DNA of 45,299 nucleotides from a virus (Duplodnaviria; Caudoviricetes). A model generated the notes under the pieces. That model saw nothing but the letters and a program-made list of their open reading frames with translations, was not told where the DNA came from and made no database searches. The DNA lies in IMG/VR virus record IMGVR_UViG_3300038829_000089, positions 1 to 45,299 of that record. One strand, given 5' to 3'. Numbering within the stretch: the stretch's first letter is position 1; each line of letters begins with the position of its first letter. A program made the translations under genes and the position numbers. This document shows positions 17,323 through 25,038 of this stretch, piece by piece.

Positions 17323-17912
17323 ACCCCGAAACTCTTGCCGTCCCGCAGGCGATCCACGACGAGCAGGACGCCAGGAGGCGCGAGCTCGACAAGCGGGAGG
17401 CCGACGCCTCGCTGACCGCCCACGATCGGCGCATGATCGCCGCGGCGAAGGTCCGCCGGCGCGAAGAGCTCCGCGAGGAGCTCCGCCGGCGCAACGCCCA
17501 GCCACCGGGCCCGACCCGCGCCGAGAAGGCGAAGGCCGAGAAGGCGGCGAAGCGCGCACGGGCGAAGGTGCGCAAGGCGGCGCACGCGGCCGGCAAAGGG
17601 CGCCCGAAGCGCACTACGTCGAGGGACGCCGCCGAAGCCGCCCTCGACGCCTTTACGCAGCCGCAGCCGGCACCGCTGCAGGTCTACGACGAAGCCGCCC
17701 CGCTCAACAAGGCCGTCGCCGCAGTCGCCAGGAAGCTCGACGGCCTCGCTGCCGGCCTCAACGCCTTCGCCGACGGCGAGGCGCCACCGCCGGAGAACGC
17801 CCCACTCGACCAGGCCGTCGCCGCGGTCGCCAGGGCACGACGCCGGCGGATCGCCGCGGGCGTCGCCGGCCTGCTCGCCCTCGCTGGTTCAGTGGAGCGC
17901 AAGCCGTCGTGA
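17319..17912 (+). CDS. Basic hypothetical protein
   Basis: GTGA coupling; APL..AVAAVAR repeated twice. Confidence 0.55.
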   Translation: MNPETLAVPQAIHDEQDARRRELDKREADASLTAHDRRMIAAAKVRRREELREELRRRNAQPPGPTRAEKAKAEKAAKRARAKVRKAAHAAGKGRPKRTTSRDAAEAALDAFTQPQPAPLQVYDEAAPLNKAVAAVARKLDGLAAGLNAFADGEAPPPENAPLDQAVAAVARARRRRIAAGVAGLLALAGSVERKPS

Positions 17913-18220
17913 ACCGCGCCCCCGCCAGCGAGCCACAGGAGGCCGCCCTACCACGCGAGAACCCCGACCCTATGGCGAGCCTGCGCCTACGGATCGAGGG
18001 CTACGTCGGCCTGCCACGGCCCCGCGCAGAGCTCCGCGACGACGCCCTCGAGGCGTCGCTCGAGCTCGACCGCGCCCTCGCCCGGCGCGACTGGCCCGAA
18101 GCCGCCCGCGCAGCGTCCGCGATCCTCGCCGCGGCCTCGCTCCTCGCCAACCCCGAACAGGCCGCCGCCGCGCTCGAATGGCGGCGCCCGACCACCCGCA
18201 GAAACGAGGCCCCCCGTTGA
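17909..18220 (+). CDS. Hypothetical protein
   Basis: GTGA coupling. Confidence 0.5.
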   Translation: MNRAPASEPQEAALPRENPDPMASLRLRIEGYVGLPRPRAELRDDALEASLELDRALARRDWPEAARAASAILAAASLLANPEQAAAALEWRRPTTRRNEAPR

Positions 18221-18229
18221 GCCAGCCCC

Positions 18230-18814
18230 ATGAGGTCCGCGTTGAGTGACGGGTCTGGCTTCCGCGGCATGGGACCGTGGCGCGTCGCTGACCTCGTGCC
18301 GGTCGAGTACAACCCGCGCAAGATCACCGACCGCGCCGCCGCCGGCTTGCGCGACAGCGTAGACGGATTCGGCTTCCTGCAGCCGCTCGTCGTCAACGTC
18401 CACCCCGGGCGCGAGGGTCGCATCGTAGGCGGCGCGCAGCGCTGGCAAGCCCTCGTCGACCTTGGCGCCGAGCACGTCCCCGACCTGGCCGACGGCTCCC
18501 CCGGCATCGTCCTCGTCGACCTGGCCGAGCCGGAAGAGCGGCAGCTCAACCTCCGGCTCAACATCGGCGGGACGTGGGACCTCGAGGCGCTCGCCCGTGA
18601 CTTCGACCCCGCGCTCGTCGCGTCCGTTGGCCTCGACCTCCCTGCCGTGCCGGACGACCTCCCCGCGACTGGCGGCAGCGACGAGGACGAAGACGACGGA
18701 CGGCCAGCGAAGCTCGGCGCCGGCTCTGGCGACGCGCGCGAGACGATCGCCGCCGAGAAGCAATACAGGTGCCCCACCTGCCGGCACGAGTGGAACGGAG
18801 CGCCCAAGTCGTGA
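18230..18814 (+). CDS. ParB N-terminal-like domain protein, paralog 1
   Basis: DLVPVEYNPRKI...FGFLQPLVVN...IVGGAQRW...LNLRLN; C-terminal CPTC..EW. Confidence 0.8.
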   Translation: MRSALSDGSGFRGMGPWRVADLVPVEYNPRKITDRAAAGLRDSVDGFGFLQPLVVNVHPGREGRIVGGAQRWQALVDLGAEHVPDLADGSPGIVLVDLAEPEERQLNLRLNIGGTWDLEALARDFDPALVASVGLDLPAVPDDLPATGGSDEDEDDGRPAKLGAGSGDARETIAAEKQYRCPTCRHEWNGAPKS

Positions 18815-19299
18815 CCGCCGCCCCCGTCCGCCTGGCCGACCTCGTCCCCGTCGAATACAACCCGCGCACGATCAAGGCGAAGGCCGCGCAGGGGCTCGGC
18901 GACAGCATCGCCGCGTTCGGCTTCCTGCAACCGCTTGTCATCAACCGGCACCCCGGCCGCGAGGGGCGGATCGTCGGCGGCGAGCAGCGCTGGCGGCAGC
19001 TCACCGCCAGCGGAACGAAGACCGTCCCCAACCGGCCCGACGGCTCCCCCGGCGTCGTCTACGTCGACCTCCCCCTCGACCGCGAGCGCGAGCTCAACCT
19101 CCGTCTCAACGTGGGCGGCGAGTGGGACACGACGAAGCTCCTCGCCGAGTTCACCCTCTCGGAGCTCGGCGACCTCGGACTCGAGGGCATCGGCCGCCCC
19201 GCGCCGCCAGACTTCCCGACCTTCGACGAGCTCGCCACCGACTTCTGCTGCCCCGCCTGCCAGTACGAGTGGAGCGGCAACCCGCGGCCCCCGCTATGA
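18811..19299 (+). CDS. ParB N-terminal-like domain protein, paralog 2
   Basis: DLVPVEYNPRTI...FGFLQPLVIN...IVGGEQRW...LNLRLN; C-terminal CPAC.YEW. Confidence 0.8.
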   Translation: MTAAPVRLADLVPVEYNPRTIKAKAAQGLGDSIAAFGFLQPLVINRHPGREGRIVGGEQRWRQLTASGTKTVPNRPDGSPGVVYVDLPLDRERELNLRLNVGGEWDTTKLLAEFTLSELGDLGLEGIGRPAPPDFPTFDELATDFCCPACQYEWSGNPRPPL

Positions 19300-20714
19300 C
19301 CCCGCGCAAGCCACCATACCGGCCGCTCCTCATGGCTGACGTGCTCGCCGCCGAGGGGCGCTCCGGCCTTAAGGTCGCGTCGACGTTCTCCGGCGCCGGC
19401 GGCTCTTGCCTCGGCTACCGCCTCGCCGGCTACACCGTCGTGTGGGCCAACGAGTTCGAGCCGAACGCCCAAGCGACCTACGCGCTCAACGCCCCGTCGA
19501 CGATCCTCGACCCCCGAGACATCCGAACCATCCTCCCCGAGGAGATCCTCGCCGTAACCGGCCTCGAGCGCGGCGAGCTCGACCTCTTCGACGGCTCCCC
19601 GCCGTGCCAGTCGTTCTCGACCGCCGGCAAGAAGCAGAAGGGGTGGGGCAAGAGCATCGCCCACGGCGACGGCACGACGCAGCGCTCCGACAACCTCTTC
19701 GCCGAATACGTCCGCCTCGTCGACGGACTGCAGCCCCGCGTCTTCGTCGCCGAGAACGTGACGGGCATGGTCAAGGGGGTCAGCAAAGGCGCATTCCTCC
19801 GCACCCTCGCCGACCTCAAGGCGTGCGGCTACAAGGTCGCCGCGGCCGTCGTCAACGCGCAGTGGCTCGGCGTCCCGCAGGCGCGGCAGCGCGTGATCTT
19901 CCTCGGCGTGCGCAACGACCTCGCCGCCCTCGGCTTCGCCCCCGTCTACCCGACGCCCAACCCGTGGTTCTACTCGGTGGCCGACGCGCTGCCGTGGATC
20001 GGGAGGCACAGCGTCGCGCCCGCCCTGGCGGACTGGGTCGCCTCTGGACGCGATCCGTCAAGCACGATGGTCCCCGCGGGATCGTCGCCTTCGCCGACCG
20101 TCCTCGCCTTCGGGCCGACTGGCGGGGCCGGGGATCGCGTAGCCGGCGCCGTCGCGATCCATGACACGGGCAGCGCTCGAGGTGCGGTCAACCGCGAGTT
20201 CGGGCACGACGCCTGCCCCACCGTCACCGTGGGCAACGGCAAGGCCATTCACTACCAGACCCGCGGCGCCTGCGAGCTCCCCGGCCTCGACGAGGTCGAC
20301 CGCGAGCTGATCGCCCTCGGCAAGTCGGCAGCTCGGGCGTGGGGCGAAACGAAGGTCGGCAGCTCGCACCCGGTCAACTTCTCGTCGAAGCGCTCCGGCG
20401 TCGACGCCCCGGCGTTCACCGTCGCGGGCTACGCCGGCAACGTGAACGAGGACGGGGTCGCGACCGCCCACGGGATGGCGCACCCGCACGAGCCGCGACG
20501 CTTCACCATCGCCGAGCTGCGCCGCCTCTGCAGCTTCCCCGACGACTTCCGCATGGCCGGCAAGTTCGCCGACCGCTGGGCGCGTCTCGGCAACAGCGTC
20601 CCCCCGCTCATGATGCGCGCGATCGCCGAGACGATCCGCGACCGGATCCTCTTTCCGGCGAAGGCCGCCGAAACCGCCGAAACCGCCGGCCCCACGCGCG
20701 CGGGCGAGGTCTGA
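19296..20714 (+). CDS. DNA (cytosine-5)-methyltransferase
   Basis: FSGAGG (motif I), GSPPCQSFS (IV), ENV (VI), QARQRV (VIII), SFPDDF (IX), GNSVPP (X). Confidence 0.92.
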   Translation: MTPRKPPYRPLLMADVLAAEGRSGLKVASTFSGAGGSCLGYRLAGYTVVWANEFEPNAQATYALNAPSTILDPRDIRTILPEEILAVTGLERGELDLFDGSPPCQSFSTAGKKQKGWGKSIAHGDGTTQRSDNLFAEYVRLVDGLQPRVFVAENVTGMVKGVSKGAFLRTLADLKACGYKVAAAVVNAQWLGVPQARQRVIFLGVRNDLAALGFAPVYPTPNPWFYSVADALPWIGRHSVAPALADWVASGRDPSSTMVPAGSSPSPTVLAFGPTGGAGDRVAGAVAIHDTGSARGAVNREFGHDACPTVTVGNGKAIHYQTRGACELPGLDEVDRELIALGKSAARAWGETKVGSSHPVNFSSKRSGVDAPAFTVAGYAGNVNEDGVATAHGMAHPHEPRRFTIAELRRLCSFPDDFRMAGKFADRWARLGNSVPPLMMRAIAETIRDRILFPAKAAETAETAGPTRAGEV

Positions 20715-20716
20715 CC

Positions 20717-21253
20717 GTGGCCGCCCGACCGAAGGCCGGAGGCCGCGCGCAGGTTCACGCCAAGCCAAAGGCCGACCAGAAGGCCCCGCCGGCGTCGCCC
20801 AAGCCGCCAACGCCGCCCGATCGCACCGGGGAGCGCAAGTTCACCCCCGAGCAGATGATCGACGCACTTCGCGCCGCCCGCGGGTTCAAGTCGGCCGCCG
20901 CCCGCGCCCTCGGCTGCTCGCCACGCACGATCGACGTCTACCTCGCCGAATACCCCGCGATCGCCGAGACGCTCGAGGCCGAGCGGGAAGCGCTGTGCGA
21001 CGCCGCCGAGATCAAGCTCGCCAGCGCGATCAACGCCGGCGACGTCCGCGCGATCGACCTGTACCTCAGCAAGTCGGCCACCGCCCGCGCTCGTGGCTGG
21101 GGCTCCCGCGTCGAGGTCACCGGCAAGGACGGCAAAGACCTCCCCGCCGCGTCCGTCGCCTTCGTCGTCCCCGCTCAACTGGAGCTCGAAGAATGGCAAC
21201 GCCTCGCCGACCTCGCCCGCAAGGCCAGGCCGGCACCCTCGCCGGCAAAGTAG
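20717..21253 (+). CDS. Terminase small subunit (putative)
   Basis: HTH SAAARALGCSPRTI; C-terminal EVTGKDGKDL; directly upstream of TerL. Confidence 0.7.
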   Translation: MAARPKAGGRAQVHAKPKADQKAPPASPKPPTPPDRTGERKFTPEQMIDALRAARGFKSAAARALGCSPRTIDVYLAEYPAIAETLEAEREALCDAAEIKLASAINAGDVRAIDLYLSKSATARARGWGSRVEVTGKDGKDLPAASVAFVVPAQLELEEWQRLADLARKARPAPSPAK

Positions 21254-22629
21254 CGCCACCGCTCGACCCGCCGCTGTGGGTTCCTCAGCCGGGCCCGCAA
21301 ACGCTCCTCTGCCAGTGCCCCGTGCCCGAGATCTTCTTCGGCGGCGCTCGAGGCGGCGGCAAATCCGACGGCCTGCTCGGCGAATGGTACGGCCACGCGA
21401 TGACCTACGGCAGCAAGGCCCGCGGCATCATGGTCCGGCGCGAAGGTATACAGCTCGAGGACATCATCGCCCGCTCGCAACAGCTCTATGGACCGGCCGG
21501 CTGGCAGTGGAACGCCGGCAAAAACTTCTGGACCTCGAAAGAGGGCGCCGTCCTCCGCTTCCGGCACCTGTGGGACGAGACGGCCGCCGGCTCCTACCTC
21601 GGCCACGCCTACACCCGCGTTTACGCCGAGGAGCTCACCAACTGGCCGACGCCGAAACCGCTCCTCCTCCTCATGGCGACGCTACGGTCGGCGCATGGCG
21701 TGCCGGTCGGATTCCGCGCCAGCGGCAACCCCGGCGGCCCCGGGCACAATTGGGTGAAGGCCCGTTACATCGATCCCGCCCCGCCCCTCGTCCCGATCCG
21801 CGACGAGAAGACGGCACAGATGCGCGTCTTCATCCCGAGCCTGCTCCTCGACAACCCCGCGCTCTACACCTCCGATCCGACCTACGCCCTCCGCCTGCTC
21901 GACGTCGGCAGCGAGGCCCTCGTCAAGGCCTGGCTCGAGGGCGATTGGAACATCGTTGCCGGCGGCGCTCTCGACGACCTCTGGGGCCCGCACGTCGTCT
22001 GCCGTCCCTTCCCGATTCCCCGCGCCTGGCGCGTCTCACGCTCGTTTGATTGGGGCAGCTCCAAGCCCTACGCCTGCCTCTGGTGGGCGCGCGCCGACGG
22101 CGAAAAGCACCCGGGCGCCCCTGGCCTCCCCCGGGGCTACATGGTTCTGATCGGCGAGCTCTACGGCACGAACGGCAAGGCCAACGAAGGCACCCGCGAG
22201 CTTGCCGTCGAGGTCGGGCGGAAGATCCTCGCCGCCGAGAAAGACCTCGGCATCGCCGGCCGCGTCCACGCTGGCCCCGCAGACTCGGCGATCTTCGCCA
22301 CCGAGAACGGCAAGAACATCGCCGACGACTTCCGTCGCGTCGGGGTCAACTGGACCGAGGCCGAGAAGGGCCCCGGCTCCCGCGCCGCCGGACTCGAGCG
22401 CGTCCGCCAGCGCCTCAAGGCGTCGAAGCAAAGGCCGCGGGAAGAACCGGGCCTCCTGATCTTCGACACCTGCCGGCACGCCCTGCGCACCCTCCCGACG
22501 CTCCCGCGCGACCCGCTCAAGCCCGACGACGTCGACAGCGACGCCGAAGATCACGTCTACGACGCCCTCCGCTACGCCCTCACCGGCTCCGGCCGCTCGT
22601 CCGTCACCGTCCGCCAGCTCAAGAGGTAA
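21193..22629 (+). CDS. terL: Terminase large subunit
   Basis: PQPGPQ, GGARGGGKS (Walker A), YAEELT (Walker B), NPGGPGHNWVK, SFDWG, EDHVYDALRY. Start codon uncertain. Confidence 0.92.
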   Translation: MATPRRPRPQGQAGTLAGKVAPPLDPPLWVPQPGPQTLLCQCPVPEIFFGGARGGGKSDGLLGEWYGHAMTYGSKARGIMVRREGIQLEDIIARSQQLYGPAGWQWNAGKNFWTSKEGAVLRFRHLWDETAAGSYLGHAYTRVYAEELTNWPTPKPLLLLMATLRSAHGVPVGFRASGNPGGPGHNWVKARYIDPAPPLVPIRDEKTAQMRVFIPSLLLDNPALYTSDPTYALRLLDVGSEALVKAWLEGDWNIVAGGALDDLWGPHVVCRPFPIPRAWRVSRSFDWGSSKPYACLWWARADGEKHPGAPGLPRGYMVLIGELYGTNGKANEGTRELAVEVGRKILAAEKDLGIAGRVHAGPADSAIFATENGKNIADDFRRVGVNWTEAEKGPGSRAAGLERVRQRLKASKQRPREEPGLLIFDTCRHALRTLPTLPRDPLKPDDVDSDAEDHVYDALRYALTGSGRSSVTVRQLKR

Positions 22630-22638
22630 GGCCCCGCC

Positions 22639-23064
22639 ATGCTGATCGTGTCCCGCTTCGGCCTCTTCGCCCTCGTCCACCGCCGCGGCGCGCTCGTCGT
22701 CCGGGCCCGCGTCCGCGCCGACCTCGAGGCGCTCCGCGAGCGCGCCGACCTCCGCCGCTCGCCGATCGACGACGAGTCCGGCACCGACTATCCCTTCCGG
22801 CTCTATCTCAACGCCGGGCAGGCGCGGAAGCTCGGGCGCCTCCTCTTCGACACGGTCGACTATCCCGACCTGACGGCCGCGCTCGAGCCTGACGTCGTCG
22901 CCCTCCGCGGCATCGCCTATAGCCGCGCAGAGGAGGAGCTCGCCGTCCTCGGGCAGCGCCCGTGCTGGCCTGGCCGGCCGAACGAGCCCACCGGCCGCCA
23001 GCGCAACCCGCCGCGCGGCAAGGGCACCGAGGCGCACGCGCGGCAGCGCGCCGGCTCCGACTAG
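22639..23064 (+). CDS. Hypothetical protein
   Basis: GLFALV...VRAR...DYPFR motif. Confidence 0.6.
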   Translation: MLIVSRFGLFALVHRRGALVVRARVRADLEALRERADLRRSPIDDESGTDYPFRLYLNAGQARKLGRLLFDTVDYPDLTAALEPDVVALRGIAYSRAEEELAVLGQRPCWPGRPNEPTGRQRNPPRGKGTEAHARQRAGSD

Positions 23065-23402
23065 GGCGCCACGGCTACCGAGACGGCCCGCAGCGAGTAG
23101 CGCACGCCAACGCCAGGATAGAAGACGACGTCGAACCGCGCGCCGATCCGCAGGCGATCGCCAACGACCGCCGAGCAGCCGCCGCGAACCTCCGCCAGGT
23201 CGACGAGTACGGGCAGCGGGGCGGCCGACCCGACCTCGACCTCGAGGAGGCACCCGCCCTCGTCGCCTTTCGCGGCGGGGAGCGCCAGGTGGATAGCGAC
23301 GAGCTGGCCCGTTACCTTGGCAGTCGCGGTCTGACGGGGAACCGCACCAGCGACGGACGCGAGCGACAGCGAAAGCGCGAAGAAAGCGGCGGCGTATCTC
23401 AT
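23061..23402 (-). CDS. Small secreted protein (moron-like)
   Basis: MRYAAAFFALSLSLASVAGA signal peptide; GGGAG upstream; beta-rich mature part with two Cys. Confidence 0.6.
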   Translation of the reverse strand: MRYAAAFFALSLSLASVAGAVPRQTATAKVTGQLVAIHLALPAAKGDEGGCLLEVEVGSAAPLPVLVDLAEVRGGCSAVVGDRLRIGARFDVVFYPGVGVRYSLRAVSVAVAP

Positions 23403-23428
23403 GGCCGCCATACTCCCATGCCTCGGCC

Positions 23429-23466
23429 TTGACACGAAACCACCCCCGGGGATCCTCCTGGGGATG
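23429..23466 (+). promoter_or_regulatory. Repeated late-promoter-like element, copy 1
   Basis: TTGACACGAAACCACCCCCGGGGATCCTCCTGGGGATG, ending in the portal ATG. Confidence 0.75.
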
Positions 23467-24978
23467 GGTGACCGCTTCGCACGCTCCGCCGCTGCCGAGA
23501 AGATGCGGCGCTCCGCGCTCCTGCAGCGCGACCTCGTCGCCGGCTCCGACGCGATGCGCGCTCGCGCCGAGGAGTACTCCCCCCGCTTCGACCTCGAGGA
23601 CCCCGGCAGCTACGCCCGGCGCCTCGCCCTGACCTTCCTATTCTCCGGATTCAAGCTCGCCGTCGAGGGGCTCGTCGGTCGCGTCTTCCGGCGCCCCGTC
23701 GTCCTGGGAAAGGACGTCCCCGCCGAGATCGCCGGCACCGAGCCGGAGAAGGACGGAGCAGGCGGCGAGGTCGGGTGGTGGGAGAACCTCGACCTCGCGG
23801 GCAACGCCGGCGACGTCGTCGCGCAACAGCTACTCACCGACGGGCTCGTCGGGCCCGGCCTGACGCACCTCCTCGTCGACATGCAGGCCGACGGCCCGGA
23901 ATCCGACCGCCGGCCGTATTGGAAGGTGGTTGCCGCCGAGTCCGTCCTCTGGTGGCGCTCCGCCACCGTCAACGGGGCCGAGGTGCCGGTCGAGATCGGC
24001 CTCGACGAGCCGACCACCGTTCACGGCGACCAGGGCGAAGAGGAGACCGTCGCCCGCGTCCGGATCCTCTACGTCGGCCGCTTCGAGCTCTACGAGCAGC
24101 GCAAGTCTGACAGCGCGTGGGCCCTCGTCGCCGAAGGCCCGATGGTGACCGGCTCCGGCGAGGTGTGGGACGAGATCCCGTTCCGGACGTACTACCTCAA
24201 CCGCACCGGGTTTATGCAGGCCGAGCCGCTGCTCCTGCCGCTCGCCGAGAAGAACCTCGAGCACTGGCAGGGCACCAGCGAGCAGCGCGCTGCGGTCAGC
24301 TTCGCCCGCCGCGCCGTCCTGCACCTCTCGGGCGTCTTCGACGACGGCGACGGCACGCCCAAGGCGCTCGGATCCGCCGTCGTCTACGAGTCGCGCGACC
24401 CCGCCGGCCGGATGACCTGGGTAGAGCAGTCCGGCACCGCGGTCAAAGTCGGGCAGGACGACCTCGACCGGATCAAAGAGGAAATGGCCGTGCTCGGCAT
24501 GCTGCCGCTTCTCGTTCGCCCGGGCACCGTCACCGCGACCGAGAAGGCGATCGACTCCGCCGACAGCCGCTGCACCCTCGACCGCCTCGTCGTCGGCCTC
24601 GTCGACGTCCTCGAGGGCGCCCTCGCCCTCACCGCCAAGTGGGTTGGCCTCACCGACGGCGGCAGCGTCACGATCAACCGCGACTTCGGCCTCGTGCAGG
24701 GCGCCAGCGAGGACGCGAAACAGATCCTCGAGGCGCGTAAGGCGAAGGCGATCAGCGACGAGCGTTTCCTGATCGAGTGGAGGCGCCGCGGCCTGCTCTC
24801 TGACGACATGAAGGTCGAGGACGAGCTCGCGCTACTCAAGGCCGCCAGCGACGCGGCGATGGCCGGCTTTGGCGCGCCCCCGGGCCAGCGCACGGCGTTC
24901 GACCACCTCCCCGGCGCAGGCGAGACTGGCAACGCGACCGGCGGCGGGCAGACGGACCCCGGGGCCTTGCCGTCGTGA
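23464..24978 (+). CDS. Portal protein (DUF4055-like)
   Basis: Position after TerL; Y..RL..., GLVGRVFRRP, EIPF...PLLLPLAEKNLEHWQ, TATEKAID, INRDF motifs. Confidence 0.85.
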   Translation: MGDRFARSAAAEKMRRSALLQRDLVAGSDAMRARAEEYSPRFDLEDPGSYARRLALTFLFSGFKLAVEGLVGRVFRRPVVLGKDVPAEIAGTEPEKDGAGGEVGWWENLDLAGNAGDVVAQQLLTDGLVGPGLTHLLVDMQADGPESDRRPYWKVVAAESVLWWRSATVNGAEVPVEIGLDEPTTVHGDQGEEETVARVRILYVGRFELYEQRKSDSAWALVAEGPMVTGSGEVWDEIPFRTYYLNRTGFMQAEPLLLPLAEKNLEHWQGTSEQRAAVSFARRAVLHLSGVFDDGDGTPKALGSAVVYESRDPAGRMTWVEQSGTAVKVGQDDLDRIKEEMAVLGMLPLLVRPGTVTATEKAIDSADSRCTLDRLVVGLVDVLEGALALTAKWVGLTDGGSVTINRDFGLVQGASEDAKQILEARKAKAISDERFLIEWRRRGLLSDDMKVEDELALLKAASDAAMAGFGAPPGQRTAFDHLPGAGETGNATGGGQTDPGALPS

Positions 24979-25038
24979 GCCATCGCCCGCCTCGCCGGCG
25001 GCCCGTAGCAGCCACGATCGCGCGGTAGGCGCCCGCCT

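Noticed and set aside
18462-19295. N-terminal extension making a 750-aa methyltransferase
   Set aside because: Off-frame reading of the two ParB-like genes; the ATGA-coupled start at 19296 fits better.
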